64,000 bases of DNA, from the IMG/VR virus record IMGVR_UViG_3300034175_000069; one strand, written 5' to 3'. The translations under genes were made by a program, and so were the position numbers. The stretch is from a virus (taxonomy: Duplodnaviria; Caudoviricetes). The notes under the pieces were generated by a model. That model had not been told where the DNA came from and searched no databases. It saw only the letters and a program-made list of their open reading frames with translations. This document shows positions 52,224 through 60,478 of the stretch, piece after piece; the stretch's first letter is position 1, and each line of letters opens with the position of its first letter.

Positions 52224-52714
52224 CGGGTGTTCACGAACAAGATCGCGTGCTTCAGCGCCATGACGGCGTGGCCCTCGCCGCCCCGACCGACGTTCAGCGG
52301 CGGGACCTTCTCCGAGCGGTAGTGGTCCACCTTCGCCGGGGTCCCGAAGGACTTGGCGTGCGAGACCTCCTGGACGAAGAACCGCTCCGGGTCGTTGTTC
52401 ATCACCCAGCGGCAGAAGCCGATGATCTCCACGGCCTCGGGCTCCCAGGTCCGGACGCCCTCCCGGGGGTACCAGTTCTCGATGACGATCAGGTCCAGCC
52501 CGCGCTTCGTGCTCGGGTGGTTCTGGGAGGCCAGGGACCAGACCCGGTTGCAGAACGCCATCTGGGAGGGCTCCTCGCCCCACTCCAGGGGCTCGATGCC
52601 GATCCCTGTCAACTGCTCCTCGTCCACGACCGGCCGGAACAGCAGCCAGCCCGTGGTGCCCCCGGGGTCCACGGACAGCATCAGCCGGTCCCCGTGCGCG
52701 ATGACCTGCTTCAC
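52199..52714 (-). CDS. RuvC-like Holliday junction resolvase
   Basis: SVDPGGTTGW, IVIE, EIIG, K..GT, HA..A..HA. Confidence 0.7.
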   Translation of the reverse strand: MKQVIAHGDRLMLSVDPGGTTGWLLFRPVVDEEQLTGIGIEPLEWGEEPSQMAFCNRVWSLASQNHPSTKRGLDLIVIENWYPREGVRTWEPEAVEIIGFCRWVMNNDPERFFVQEVSHAKSFGTPAKVDHYRSEKVPPLNVGRGGEGHAVMALKHAILFVNTRWSPEPRP

Positions 52715-52893
52715 CACCACTCCAGGGCGGCCGGAGGCGCGGAGTTCGCCACCCGCCAGGAGAGGACGTGCGGGCCGTTCATCTCGCGGTACTTCTCCTC
52801 GTAGAGCTTGGCCCAGGTCTCGGCCTCCCCCTCGTTCTCGAAGGGTCCGACCAGCCCCGGTCCGGTCTGGAAGATCACGAACCACTGCCTCAT
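52711..52893 (-). CDS. hypothetical protein
   Basis: MRQWFVIF...GPFENEGEA..WA; ATGA overlap. Confidence 0.55.
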   Translation of the reverse strand: MRQWFVIFQTGPGLVGPFENEGEAETWAKLYEEKYREMNGPHVLSWRVANSAPPAALEWW

Positions 52894-54677
52894 CCCTTGG
52901 CCTCCGCCCAGTTGGCTCCGGAGCTGGGCTCGGCACGCACGGCCAGCCCGAACTCCTCCTCGGTCCACACGGTGTTCATCACCTCGGCGATCTCGTACAT
53001 CGCGTCCTTCTCCTCGGTCTTCGGGATCGAGAAGCAGACCTCGTCGTGGACCGGCAGCAGCATCGTGTCGCCGAACCCTGCGGCGTCCAGCCGGACCAGG
53101 GCCTTCTTCAGCGCGATGGCGGCCGTGCCCTGGGTGACGTAGTTGCCCAGCTTCCGGCGCTCCTGGGGGTCCTTGACCCGGAAGACCCGGCCGAACGGGC
53201 TGGTGGCCGTGTGGATGGTCTCGCCGCCGTCGTCCTTGGCCGTGGTGATCAGGGAGTTGCCCACGTCCTCCAGGGACGGGTAGGCGGCCTCCAGGGCCTT
53301 CCACGTCGGGACCAGGGAGTAGACATCGACCTCGGCCGTGGCCGCTGCGGTCTCGATGCCGCCGCCGAACAGCTTGGCGTAGACGGTGGACTTCAGCAGC
53401 GTGCGGCGCTTGTCGGCCTTCTTGAAGTCCGGCTCCCCGTAGACGGTCTTGCCCAGCTCCACGAAGAAGTCCCCACCGGTGGCATCGGCGGTCTTCAGGG
53501 CCTCGACCATCTTCTTGTCCTTGTTGATCACCGCCCAGATCCGCAGCTCGATCTGGCCGTAGTCCGAGGACACGAAGACCTCGTCCTCCGAGCGCGCGAC
53601 GATCCCCCGGCGGACGACCGGGTCGTTGGCGGGCAGCTGCTGGAGCGGCGGGTTCTCCACCGACATGCGGCCGGTGCGGGCCTCCATCGGCTTGATGCCC
53701 GGGTGCAGCAGACCGCGCTCCAGGGTGCTGCCCGCGCCGTTGAAGATCGGCTCCAGGTAGGTCCCGCGCCAGCGGTGCACCTGGCGGTACTCCAGGACCA
53801 GCTTGGCCGCCGGGTGGTCGATCAGCTTCAGCACGTCCTGGTCCAGCTTGGCCTTGCCCGACGCGGTCTTCTCCGCCAGCGGGTAGCCGTCGTTCTTCAG
53901 GACCACCTCCAGCTGGCCGTTCTGCGCCGGGTTGGAGATGCCGTAGAGCGCCAGCTGGGCCTTGATCGAGTCCTCGCGCGCCTGGTGGTCCTCGATCTGC
54001 TCCAGCAGGTACTCGCCGTCGGTGGGCAGGCCGCGCCAGCTCATGTCGTTGACCAGCCGGATGACCGCGATCTCCAGGTCGTGGTCGGCCGCCCAGAGCT
54101 TCCGGCGCGGGGCCCACAGCTCCCACAGGCCTGCGGTGATGCACGTGTCAACCACGCCGTAGAGCGGGTAGGGCTTCCACCCGAGCGGGACATCCGCCCA
54201 GGTCCAGCCCGCGTTCTTCATGCCGGTGTGCAGCACACGCTCCCCGGCTCCGGCCCAGCCGCCGAACTCGCGCTGGGCGCAGCCCTTCAGCGTGCGGGCC
54301 TGCTCGGCGAAGCCGCCCAGACCGGCCCAGACGAAGGTGTCCTCCACGATCGACCAGTCCAGCTCGATGCCGTGCGCGCGGAGCGCCAGGGCGTCGTAGC
54401 CGCTGTTGTGGAAGACCAGCGGGATCCGGGCCCGGGAGCAGTACTCCAGCGCGCCCTTGATCAGTGCGGTCCAGCCGTCGAACGGGATGGCCCAGCCACC
54501 CTCGACATCCCCGAACTGGATCAGCCGGACCTTGAAGGTGGAGGACCACCAGTCCAGCCCCGTCGTCTCCGTGTCGCAGGCAACCATCTTCCGGTCCGGA
54601 CGTGTCAGCCACGTCCAGAAGTCAGCGACCTGGTCCGGGCTGGTCAGCACGCGGATCCGCAGGTTCGGCACGCTCAT
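52890..54677 (-). CDS. polA: family A DNA polymerase (3'-5' exonuclease + polymerase)
   Basis: CDTETTG, FHNSGYD, YGVVD, TGRMS..PPLQQLP, SDYGQIELRI, QGTAA, PVHDEV. Confidence 0.93.
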   Translation of the reverse strand: MSVPNLRIRVLTSPDQVADFWTWLTRPDRKMVACDTETTGLDWWSSTFKVRLIQFGDVEGGWAIPFDGWTALIKGALEYCSRARIPLVFHNSGYDALALRAHGIELDWSIVEDTFVWAGLGGFAEQARTLKGCAQREFGGWAGAGERVLHTGMKNAGWTWADVPLGWKPYPLYGVVDTCITAGLWELWAPRRKLWAADHDLEIAVIRLVNDMSWRGLPTDGEYLLEQIEDHQAREDSIKAQLALYGISNPAQNGQLEVVLKNDGYPLAEKTASGKAKLDQDVLKLIDHPAAKLVLEYRQVHRWRGTYLEPIFNGAGSTLERGLLHPGIKPMEARTGRMSVENPPLQQLPANDPVVRRGIVARSEDEVFVSSDYGQIELRIWAVINKDKKMVEALKTADATGGDFFVELGKTVYGEPDFKKADKRRTLLKSTVYAKLFGGGIETAAATAEVDVYSLVPTWKALEAAYPSLEDVGNSLITTAKDDGGETIHTATSPFGRVFRVKDPQERRKLGNYVTQGTAAIALKKALVRLDAAGFGDTMLLPVHDEVCFSIPKTEEKDAMYEIAEVMNTVWTEEEFGLAVRAEPSSGANWAEAKG

Positions 54678-54706
54678 GGATCTCCCCCTTCCTTGTCAAC
54701 CGAGAC

Positions 54707-54744
54707 GACAACGCCGGGCAGCGGTGAGGCTGCCCGGCGCTGTC
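54707..54744. terminator. strong hairpin / terminator
   Basis: GACA(A)CGCCGGGCAGC-GGTGAG-GCTGCCCGGCG(C)TGTC. Confidence 0.65.
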
Positions 54745-54745
54745 A

Positions 54746-54940
54746 TCAGGGGATCTCGATCGAGATGATCTTCAGCTTCGGCTTGCCGCCGACGGTGGTG
54801 CGGACGGCCGGGAAGATCTGGTCCAGGTCGGCCCCGGTCTTCACGGCCTCGTCCCGGGCACGGTCCACCGCCGCGCCCAGCTCGGCGAGAGACAGGCCAG
54901 GCCGACCCTCACCGCGCTCGGCCCCGAGGATCAGGCCCAC
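54746..54940 (-). CDS. hypothetical protein
   Basis: Short ORF overlapping the SSB stop. Confidence 0.45.
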   Translation of the reverse strand: MGLILGAERGEGRPGLSLAELGAAVDRARDEAVKTGADLDQIFPAVRTTVGGKPKLKIISIEIP

Positions 54941-55533
54941 GGGTTGCCAGCGGAGCCGGGGGCCCCAGCGCCCGCCGTGGCGGGCTCCTGGATGACCTCG
55001 CCCGTGGTGGTGTCCACCTGCTCGTCGGCGGTCTCGTCCTCCAGGGAGACCGCAGCGGCGGCCGACGCGGAGGTGGTCTTGACCGCGCCACCCTGGCCGC
55101 CACCGAGCGGGTTGACCGAGACCGACTTCCGGTAGTTGACGTTGGTCTGTGGCTGGCCGTTGAACTCCCCGGCCTTTAGGTTGACCTCGACCACCGCGCC
55201 GACCATCTGCTCGGCGATCTGGTCCGGGGTCGGCTTGGCCGACATGATCCAGTCCTGCGGGGCCCCGAGGACGCGGAGCGACTGCGCGAAGATCCGGGCG
55301 GCCACCTCGCTCTCCGGGGACCAGACCAGGCGGTTGTCCACCGTCTTCCCCTTGGCCCCGAGCGGGCCGCCCTGGAAGGCCAGGGTGACCACGAACTGCT
55401 GCTTGCCCTTGGCCGTCTTGCTGGCCTTGGCCTTGGTGACCTTCATCGTGTAGTCGCCGGTGTAGGCCACGCCGTTCAGCTCGTCCCCGAAGGACTTGAA
55501 CTCGTCGGCGAAGCTGAAGTCGTTGTCGCTCAT
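54931..55533 (-). CDS. single-stranded DNA-binding protein (DUF669-like)
   Basis: GDYTMKV...TAKGK...F..., acidic flexible tail ending NPWA; follows the recombinase. Confidence 0.7.
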   Translation of the reverse strand: MSDNDFSFADEFKSFGDELNGVAYTGDYTMKVTKAKASKTAKGKQQFVVTLAFQGGPLGAKGKTVDNRLVWSPESEVAARIFAQSLRVLGAPQDWIMSAKPTPDQIAEQMVGAVVEVNLKAGEFNGQPQTNVNYRKSVSVNPLGGGQGGAVKTTSASAAAAVSLEDETADEQVDTTTGEVIQEPATAGAGAPGSAGNPWA

Positions 55534-55535
55534 GG

Positions 55536-56402
55536 TCAGTTGCTCCCCTGCTCAGTGGTGGTGTTGGCGTCCCCGGCCGTGTCAACCGGGGTCTCGTTCT
55601 GGGTCGGTCCGGTGTGCGCCGGTGCAGCGATGCCCCGGCCCTTGTAGACCATCTTGATCAACTTCTCGAACGTGACGTTCTTGGCGCGGATCTCGTCCTC
55701 GGTGTCGCCCGTGACCTGCGGCAACTGGATGATCGGCGGGATCCGGCCGCCCACCCGCTCCCCGGCCTCCTTGTTGTTCATCCGGCGGGTCTGGAGGAAC
55801 CGGGTCTCCACGCCGTTCACGTCGGGCTCGACGTAGATCCACGCGGTCACGTCCATCAGGTACGGGATCTGCGTGGCCAGCTGGCCCTGGAGGTAGGGGC
55901 GCATGGTCCCCTGCTGGTCCTCCTTGGTCATGGAGGTCAGCACGACGGCCTCCAGCGGCTTGGTCGGGTGCATCGTGAGGTCCCGGAGGTCCCGCACGAA
56001 GCCGCCGACCTCGCGGAGCGCAGCGCCCCAGTCCTGGATCTTCATCTGCTCACGGCCGGAGGCGTGCTCGACGTAGCGGTACTGAAGCTCCGAGATCGAG
56101 TCCACCGTGGCGGACCGGAACGGGTGCTCCCCCTGCTTCAGCCAGTCCAGCACCTGGAGGGCGGTGGACCAGTTGCGGGTCGGCACGACGGCCGTGTCCC
56201 ACTCGGGCTCACCCTTGACGATCTTCGGCGCGGGAGGCGGTCCGACGATCGGGTCCCAGATGATCGACTTGATCGGCAGGAACCGGGCGGCGCTCTCCAC
56301 GTCCAGCATCACGCGGGGCCAGGGGGTGGAGGCCCCCAGCAGCGACTTCCCCGCCTTGCTCGGTCCGTGGACCAGCATGGAGAGGGCGTTGACGGTGGTC
56401 AT
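55536..56402 (-). CDS. AAA_24 / Sak4-like ATPase recombinase
   Basis: HGPSKAGKS, LDVES, VDSISELQ, PYLQG, YLMD. Confidence 0.85.
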   Translation of the reverse strand: MTTVNALSMLVHGPSKAGKSLLGASTPWPRVMLDVESAARFLPIKSIIWDPIVGPPPAPKIVKGEPEWDTAVVPTRNWSTALQVLDWLKQGEHPFRSATVDSISELQYRYVEHASGREQMKIQDWGAALREVGGFVRDLRDLTMHPTKPLEAVVLTSMTKEDQQGTMRPYLQGQLATQIPYLMDVTAWIYVEPDVNGVETRFLQTRRMNNKEAGERVGGRIPPIIQLPQVTGDTEDEIRAKNVTFEKLIKMVYKGRGIAAPAHTGPTQNETPVDTAGDANTTTEQGSN

Positions 56403-56532
56403 CGGGCTCCGTTTCCGAGCCCGGTCAGTTCAGTGTTCAGTGATCGAGATCGTCTGATTCTGAGTCTGATTCGGGTTCGTGTTGTTGTTGATCGTGTTGA
56501 CATAACCTACCGCACTCTGCGGCAGGAAGCTA

Positions 56533-56868
56533 CTAGGGGCCCCAGACCGAGAACAGCGTGTCCGGCGGGTAGGTGCAGACGCCGGAGGTCGTGCAGACGT
56601 AGACGCCCCGACCCTCGGGCTCGGTGTGCCGGAGGTAGCCGCGATGGCCGGGGGTCTGGATGATCCGGCCGAAGTGCTTGGCCTTGTCCAGCTCAGCGGC
56701 CGTCAGGTGCTCGACGGGCTCTCCCGAGCGCCGGGCGCGCGGCACGCGACCTGCGGAGCCCAGCAGCGCCCTGGCGGCCTGCTCGCAGCCCTTGCAGGCT
56801 GTGCTCCTGCCCTCATGCCGGAACCGGGCGTGCAGGTCGTTGCGGACCGCTGCCTGCCCCTTCTTCAC
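56533..56868 (-). CDS. hypothetical protein
   Basis: GTGA overlap start; CKGC. Confidence 0.45.
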   Translation of the reverse strand: MKKGQAAVRNDLHARFRHEGRSTACKGCEQAARALLGSAGRVPRARRSGEPVEHLTAAELDKAKHFGRIIQTPGHRGYLRHTEPEGRGVYVCTTSGVCTYPPDTLFSVWGP

Positions 56869-57053
56869 GTCGGGTCTCCGGTGTCCGCCGACATCGTGAT
56901 GGTGATCGTCTCCGGACTGTCCTGGGACTCCCAGGACCCACGGGACAGGGTCAGGGTCAGCATGGCCTCGTGGGCGTTCTGCGGGCTCGGCAGCCGGAAG
57001 GCCACGGTGGAGTGGCGGTCCAGCGGCGGGAAGTGGACCAGCGTGTACTTCAT
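56865..57053 (-). CDS. hypothetical protein
   Basis: MKYTLVHF...; TGATG overlap. Confidence 0.5.
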   Translation of the reverse strand: MKYTLVHFPPLDRHSTVAFRLPSPQNAHEAMLTLTLSRGSWESQDSPETITITMSADTGDPT

Positions 57054-58051
57054 CAGGCCGGGCCCCCGGAGATCTCGGCGTCCCCGGCGCTGTCGGCCAG
57101 GTACCGGGCCCACGGGTTCCCCTCGGTGTAGAGGTCGGCCAGCATGTCCTCGGCACCCTGCGGGCTGGACTGCATCAGGTCGCACGGCAGCTTGAACGGG
57201 CACGTGGCGCACTGCCAGCCGGGCTGGAAGTAGGCGATCCGGCGGTGGTCCACCCCGGCGTCCAGGGCGAACCGGGTCCGGGCCAGCTCGGAGACCGCAC
57301 CCTCCAGGCGCACGTCGTAGGCGGCCTGCTCGACCTCGGAGATCTCGATGGTGACCCGCTTGTAGAACGGCGGCTTGGCGGTCGGGGTGCGCAGCACCTT
57401 CCGCAGCAGCGTGTAGACCACGCCGCGCACGTCGGAGTCCGGGTCGTTGGCCTTCAGCAGCCGCCGGTACAGCCGGGGCTGCGGCGACTTGTAGAGGGTG
57501 ACCATCGCGGGCTCCCCGAAGTTGCCCATCGTCTTGAAGTCCGCCACGTAGATGGTGCCGTCGGACTTCCGCCGAATCTGCCGGTCCAGCTTGCCGCGCA
57601 GCAGGATGGTCACCTCGGTGTCGCCATCGGGCGTGTCAACCACCATCGGCAGCTCGTGGGTCAGCGCCTGCTCCACCGCGACGGTGTCGAAGTAGGCGTC
57701 CTCACCGTCGGCCTCCAGCCACTCCAGGTAGCCCTCCATCATCCGGTGGCCCAGCTTCGACTCCTTGTCCAGGGCCTCGATGAACGGGTTGCCGTTGGCC
57801 TCGGCCACCGCGTACTCGTGGGCCATCAGCTGCTTCCACGCCTCGGCCGGGTGCAGGCCCAGGTCGTAGTAGGCCTCCAGCGCGGCGTGGATCCGGGAGC
57901 CGAACGGGAGCGGCCCGGTCGGGGGCTCGTCCTTCAGCCGGAGCTTGCGGTAGGTGCCCAGGTACCAGGCGCGGCGGCACTGGGCGAACTTCCCCAGGTC
58001 GCTGAAGCTGGCGATCGTGTTGTCCGGGATGTGGATCGCAGGTGCGCTCAC
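57053..58051 (-). CDS. Cas4/RecB-like PD-(D/E)xK exonuclease with Fe-S cysteines
   Basis: SFS...QCRR.W, GSRIH..LE, GKLD...ADFKT, CATCPFKLPC. Confidence 0.85.
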   Translation of the reverse strand: MSAPAIHIPDNTIASFSDLGKFAQCRRAWYLGTYRKLRLKDEPPTGPLPFGSRIHAALEAYYDLGLHPAEAWKQLMAHEYAVAEANGNPFIEALDKESKLGHRMMEGYLEWLEADGEDAYFDTVAVEQALTHELPMVVDTPDGDTEVTILLRGKLDRQIRRKSDGTIYVADFKTMGNFGEPAMVTLYKSPQPRLYRRLLKANDPDSDVRGVVYTLLRKVLRTPTAKPPFYKRVTIEISEVEQAAYDVRLEGAVSELARTRFALDAGVDHRRIAYFQPGWQCATCPFKLPCDLMQSSPQGAEDMLADLYTEGNPWARYLADSAGDAEISGGPA

Positions 58052-58272
58052 AGGGTGCTCCAGTTGGTCGGGGTCTGCCCGGCGGCCAGCCGGTAGATGG
58101 TGTCGGCCCAGGCGGCGGCGTCCGGGGTGTTCACGGCCAGCAGGGCGGTCGCAGCAGCGTCCAGCACGTCCCTGGGCTCGTAGCTGACCCGGGTGCCCTG
58201 GTGCTGGGTCAGGGTGACCTCGGCGACCGGCTCCAGCTCGACGGCGGCGGTGCCGTGACTGATCCGGATCAC
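58048..58272 (-). CDS. hypothetical protein
   Basis: GTGA overlaps; RBS AAGGAG. Confidence 0.5.
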   Translation of the reverse strand: MIRISHGTAAVELEPVAEVTLTQHQGTRVSYEPRDVLDAAATALLAVNTPDAAAWADTIYRLAAGQTPTNWSTL

Positions 58273-59012
58273 AGGAAGGTCTCCTTCGCTGAGACGGTGA
58301 TCTGCCGCCGGGGCTTGGCCGGGACAGGCGTGGGAGACGGGGCGGAGACGGCCGGTTCCCGGGGGACCGGCGGTAGCGCGGGGACGGGCACGGGCCCCTC
58401 GTCGTGGCGCAGCGCGGCCCGGTACCGGTTGACACCCCACTGGACGGCGAAGCAGGACCAGAGGAAGTGGTGCTTGAAGCCGCGCAGGTCCCACTCCCAG
58501 GCGTCGGAGAACCGGAAGCGGTCGGCGTGCCCCTGCCACTCGAAGCGGTCCACGGCCGAGCGGAAGGTGCCCTCGTCCTCCTCGACCTCCCCGTCCAGGA
58601 TCTCGTGGCAGATGTCGTCCCAGAGATCCCGGGTCGCGGCCAGCACCCAGCCGTGCTCGTCCGCCCACTCGCGGAAGTGCTCGATGACGTGCTGGCGGGC
58701 CAGGTCCGGCTCGTAGGCCCGGATGTCCCCGGCCTTGACCTTCTCGCCCCAGTAGCCGGGGTTGATGTCCTGGCCGGGGCGGCCGAAGAAGGTGGTCATG
58801 TCCTCGACGCGGCTGAACACGTAGGTGCCCATGTCGCCGTTGAAGCACAGCGACCCGGGCCAGGTGATCAGGTCGAACCAGTAGAGGCCGGTGTCCGGTC
58901 GCCGGAAGGTCAGGTGCCGGTACAGGCCGTCGTCGTGGAGCACGGTCATCTCGTGCTTGGCCGTGTCCATCACGAAGATCTTGGCGGCGAGAGGGTGTCT
59001 CGTCTGAGTCAT
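58269..59012 (-). CDS. conserved phage hypothetical protein
   Basis: HEMTVLHDDGLYRHLTF...FDLITWPG.L...GDMG.YVF...IN..YW.EK. Confidence 0.75.
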   Translation of the reverse strand: MTQTRHPLAAKIFVMDTAKHEMTVLHDDGLYRHLTFRRPDTGLYWFDLITWPGSLCFNGDMGTYVFSRVEDMTTFFGRPGQDINPGYWGEKVKAGDIRAYEPDLARQHVIEHFREWADEHGWVLAATRDLWDDICHEILDGEVEEDEGTFRSAVDRFEWQGHADRFRFSDAWEWDLRGFKHHFLWSCFAVQWGVNRYRAALRHDEGPVPVPALPPVPREPAVSAPSPTPVPAKPRRQITVSAKETFL

Positions 59013-59038
59013 CTGAGATCCGTATCTAGTTGACGTTG

Positions 59039-59074
59039 TTGATGCAATCTAACATACCCGTTAGAGTGAACGGC
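59039..59074 (+). promoter_or_regulatory. putative rightward promoter
   Basis: TTGATG(59039)-17-TAGAGT(59062)-7 nt-ATG 59075; AT-rich divergent intergenic region. Confidence 0.5.
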
Positions 59075-59404
59075 ATGAGCAACTTCAAGCGCCACCTGAC
59101 CCTCGCAGGGGGGTCTGACAGAACCGTCATCCAGAGGTTGAGGTACGCCAGCCTTCCCGCCCGTGACCTGCACTTTCGCGGTCGGTGCCTGGTCAGGCTC
59201 ACACCCCGCCGGGCGCGCAACGTCTACGGCCTGGTGACCGTGCTGCGGGCTCACCCGAACGGGTTGTCCGTGCTGAAGCGCGACATCGAGGGTCTGCGGA
59301 CACCCCGGCGGCAGTGGCTGAAGCTGCGGCTGATCTGCGGCGTCCTCGTGTGCACGCGCTGGGGTTCGGTCATGGTCCAGTGGCGGGGGTTCCCCCGTGG
59401 CTGA
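59075..59404 (+). CDS. small basic protein
   Basis: MSNFKRHL...; Arg-rich. Confidence 0.5.
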   Translation: MSNFKRHLTLAGGSDRTVIQRLRYASLPARDLHFRGRCLVRLTPRRARNVYGLVTVLRAHPNGLSVLKRDIEGLRTPRRQWLKLRLICGVLVCTRWGSVMVQWRGFPRG

Positions 59405-59416
59405 GGGCAGGCACTG

Positions 59417-60064
59417 ATGCCGCGCGGAGTGAAGTCCGAGCCGGGGCCGATGCGCTACGACGTGTGCCGGAGTCCTCGCGGCCGGGCCGGTGCCGAGCGG
59501 CACCGGAAGGACGGGACGCCGTCCTGTCAACCGTGCCGGGACGCGGCGTCCAAGGCGCACCAGCTCTACAAGCTGCGGTGCATGAGGCAGGGCGAGCAGC
59601 TGGTCTCCAGCATCGGCACCCGGCGGAGGCTGCGCGCGCTGGCCGCGATCGGCTGGACCTTCGGCGAGATCGGCACCGAGCTGGGCGGCTGGAACCACAC
59701 GACGGTCCAGAAGCTGGCCAGCGAGCGGTCCGACCAGTGCTGGCTGTCCACCGTCCAGGCCGTCCGTGGGGTCTACGACCGGCTGTCGATGACGCCAGGC
59801 TGCTCTGCCTACGCCCGGAACCGGGCGGCGCGGCAGGGCTGGCTCCCGCCGCTGGCCTGGGACGACGAGATGATCGAGGACCCGGACTACGTGCCGCTGG
59901 AGCAGGTCATGCGGGACTGGGAGCAGGCGCTGACCGAGGACCGCGCCTGGGAGGCCCGGCACAAGAAGCGGCTGGCCCGGCAGCGCAAGGCGGCCGAGCG
60001 GGACTCGGAGTTCCTGGCGCGGCAGCGCGAGCGCGAGCAGACGGCCAGGGAGAGTGCGGCGTGA
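59417..60064 (+). CDS. HTH DNA-binding protein with N-terminal Cys/His zinc motif
   Basis: RH.K.G...C.PC; RRLRALAAIGW...IG.ELG; YDRL; GWLPPLAWDD. Confidence 0.75.
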   Translation: MPRGVKSEPGPMRYDVCRSPRGRAGAERHRKDGTPSCQPCRDAASKAHQLYKLRCMRQGEQLVSSIGTRRRLRALAAIGWTFGEIGTELGGWNHTTVQKLASERSDQCWLSTVQAVRGVYDRLSMTPGCSAYARNRAARQGWLPPLAWDDEMIEDPDYVPLEQVMRDWEQALTEDRAWEARHKKRLARQRKAAERDSEFLARQREREQTARESAA

Positions 60065-60357
60065 CCACGGCAGCGCGGCGGACCTGGCAGCACCGGGGCG
60101 GGCAGGACTGGCGGCCCCTGTTCATCACCCGGCTGGACTGCGGCTGCTGGATCGACTCGATGGCCACCCCGGTCCGGATGTGGGAGCCCTGCATGGCGCA
60201 CGAGGCCGACGGCCACCTGGCGGCGATCAGCGACGACGACGGGATGACCGTGGCCCGATGTCTGGTCCGTGACTGCAAGTGGACCGTCCGGGAGTTCTAC
60301 GAGTCGGTGGCCGTCCGTGCAGCTCAGGACCACTGGCAGGACACCCGGGCCAGTTGA
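60061..60357 (+). CDS. Cys-rich hypothetical protein
   Basis: GTGA overlap; CGC, C..H, C...C. Confidence 0.55.
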   Translation: MTTAARRTWQHRGGQDWRPLFITRLDCGCWIDSMATPVRMWEPCMAHEADGHLAAISDDDGMTVARCLVRDCKWTVREFYESVAVRAAQDHWQDTRAS

Positions 60358-60478
60358 GCCCGGGACTATTTGAGGGCTTCACAACACGTAGTGGCCCGGT
60401 GCCCAGCTGTGAGCACCGGGATAGTGTCGATGGTCCCGGGACGGCTTCGGCCGGACCGGGATCGCAGGGGGAGATGAG

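Noticed and set aside
57053-58051. Cas4-like gene as evidence of a CRISPR system
   Set aside because: Stand-alone Cas4/RecB-like exonucleases are routine partners of Sak4-like recombinases in phages
60358-60478. Hairpins upstream of prim-pol
   Set aside because: 8-bp and shorter GC-rich stems expected at this composition; no supporting motif
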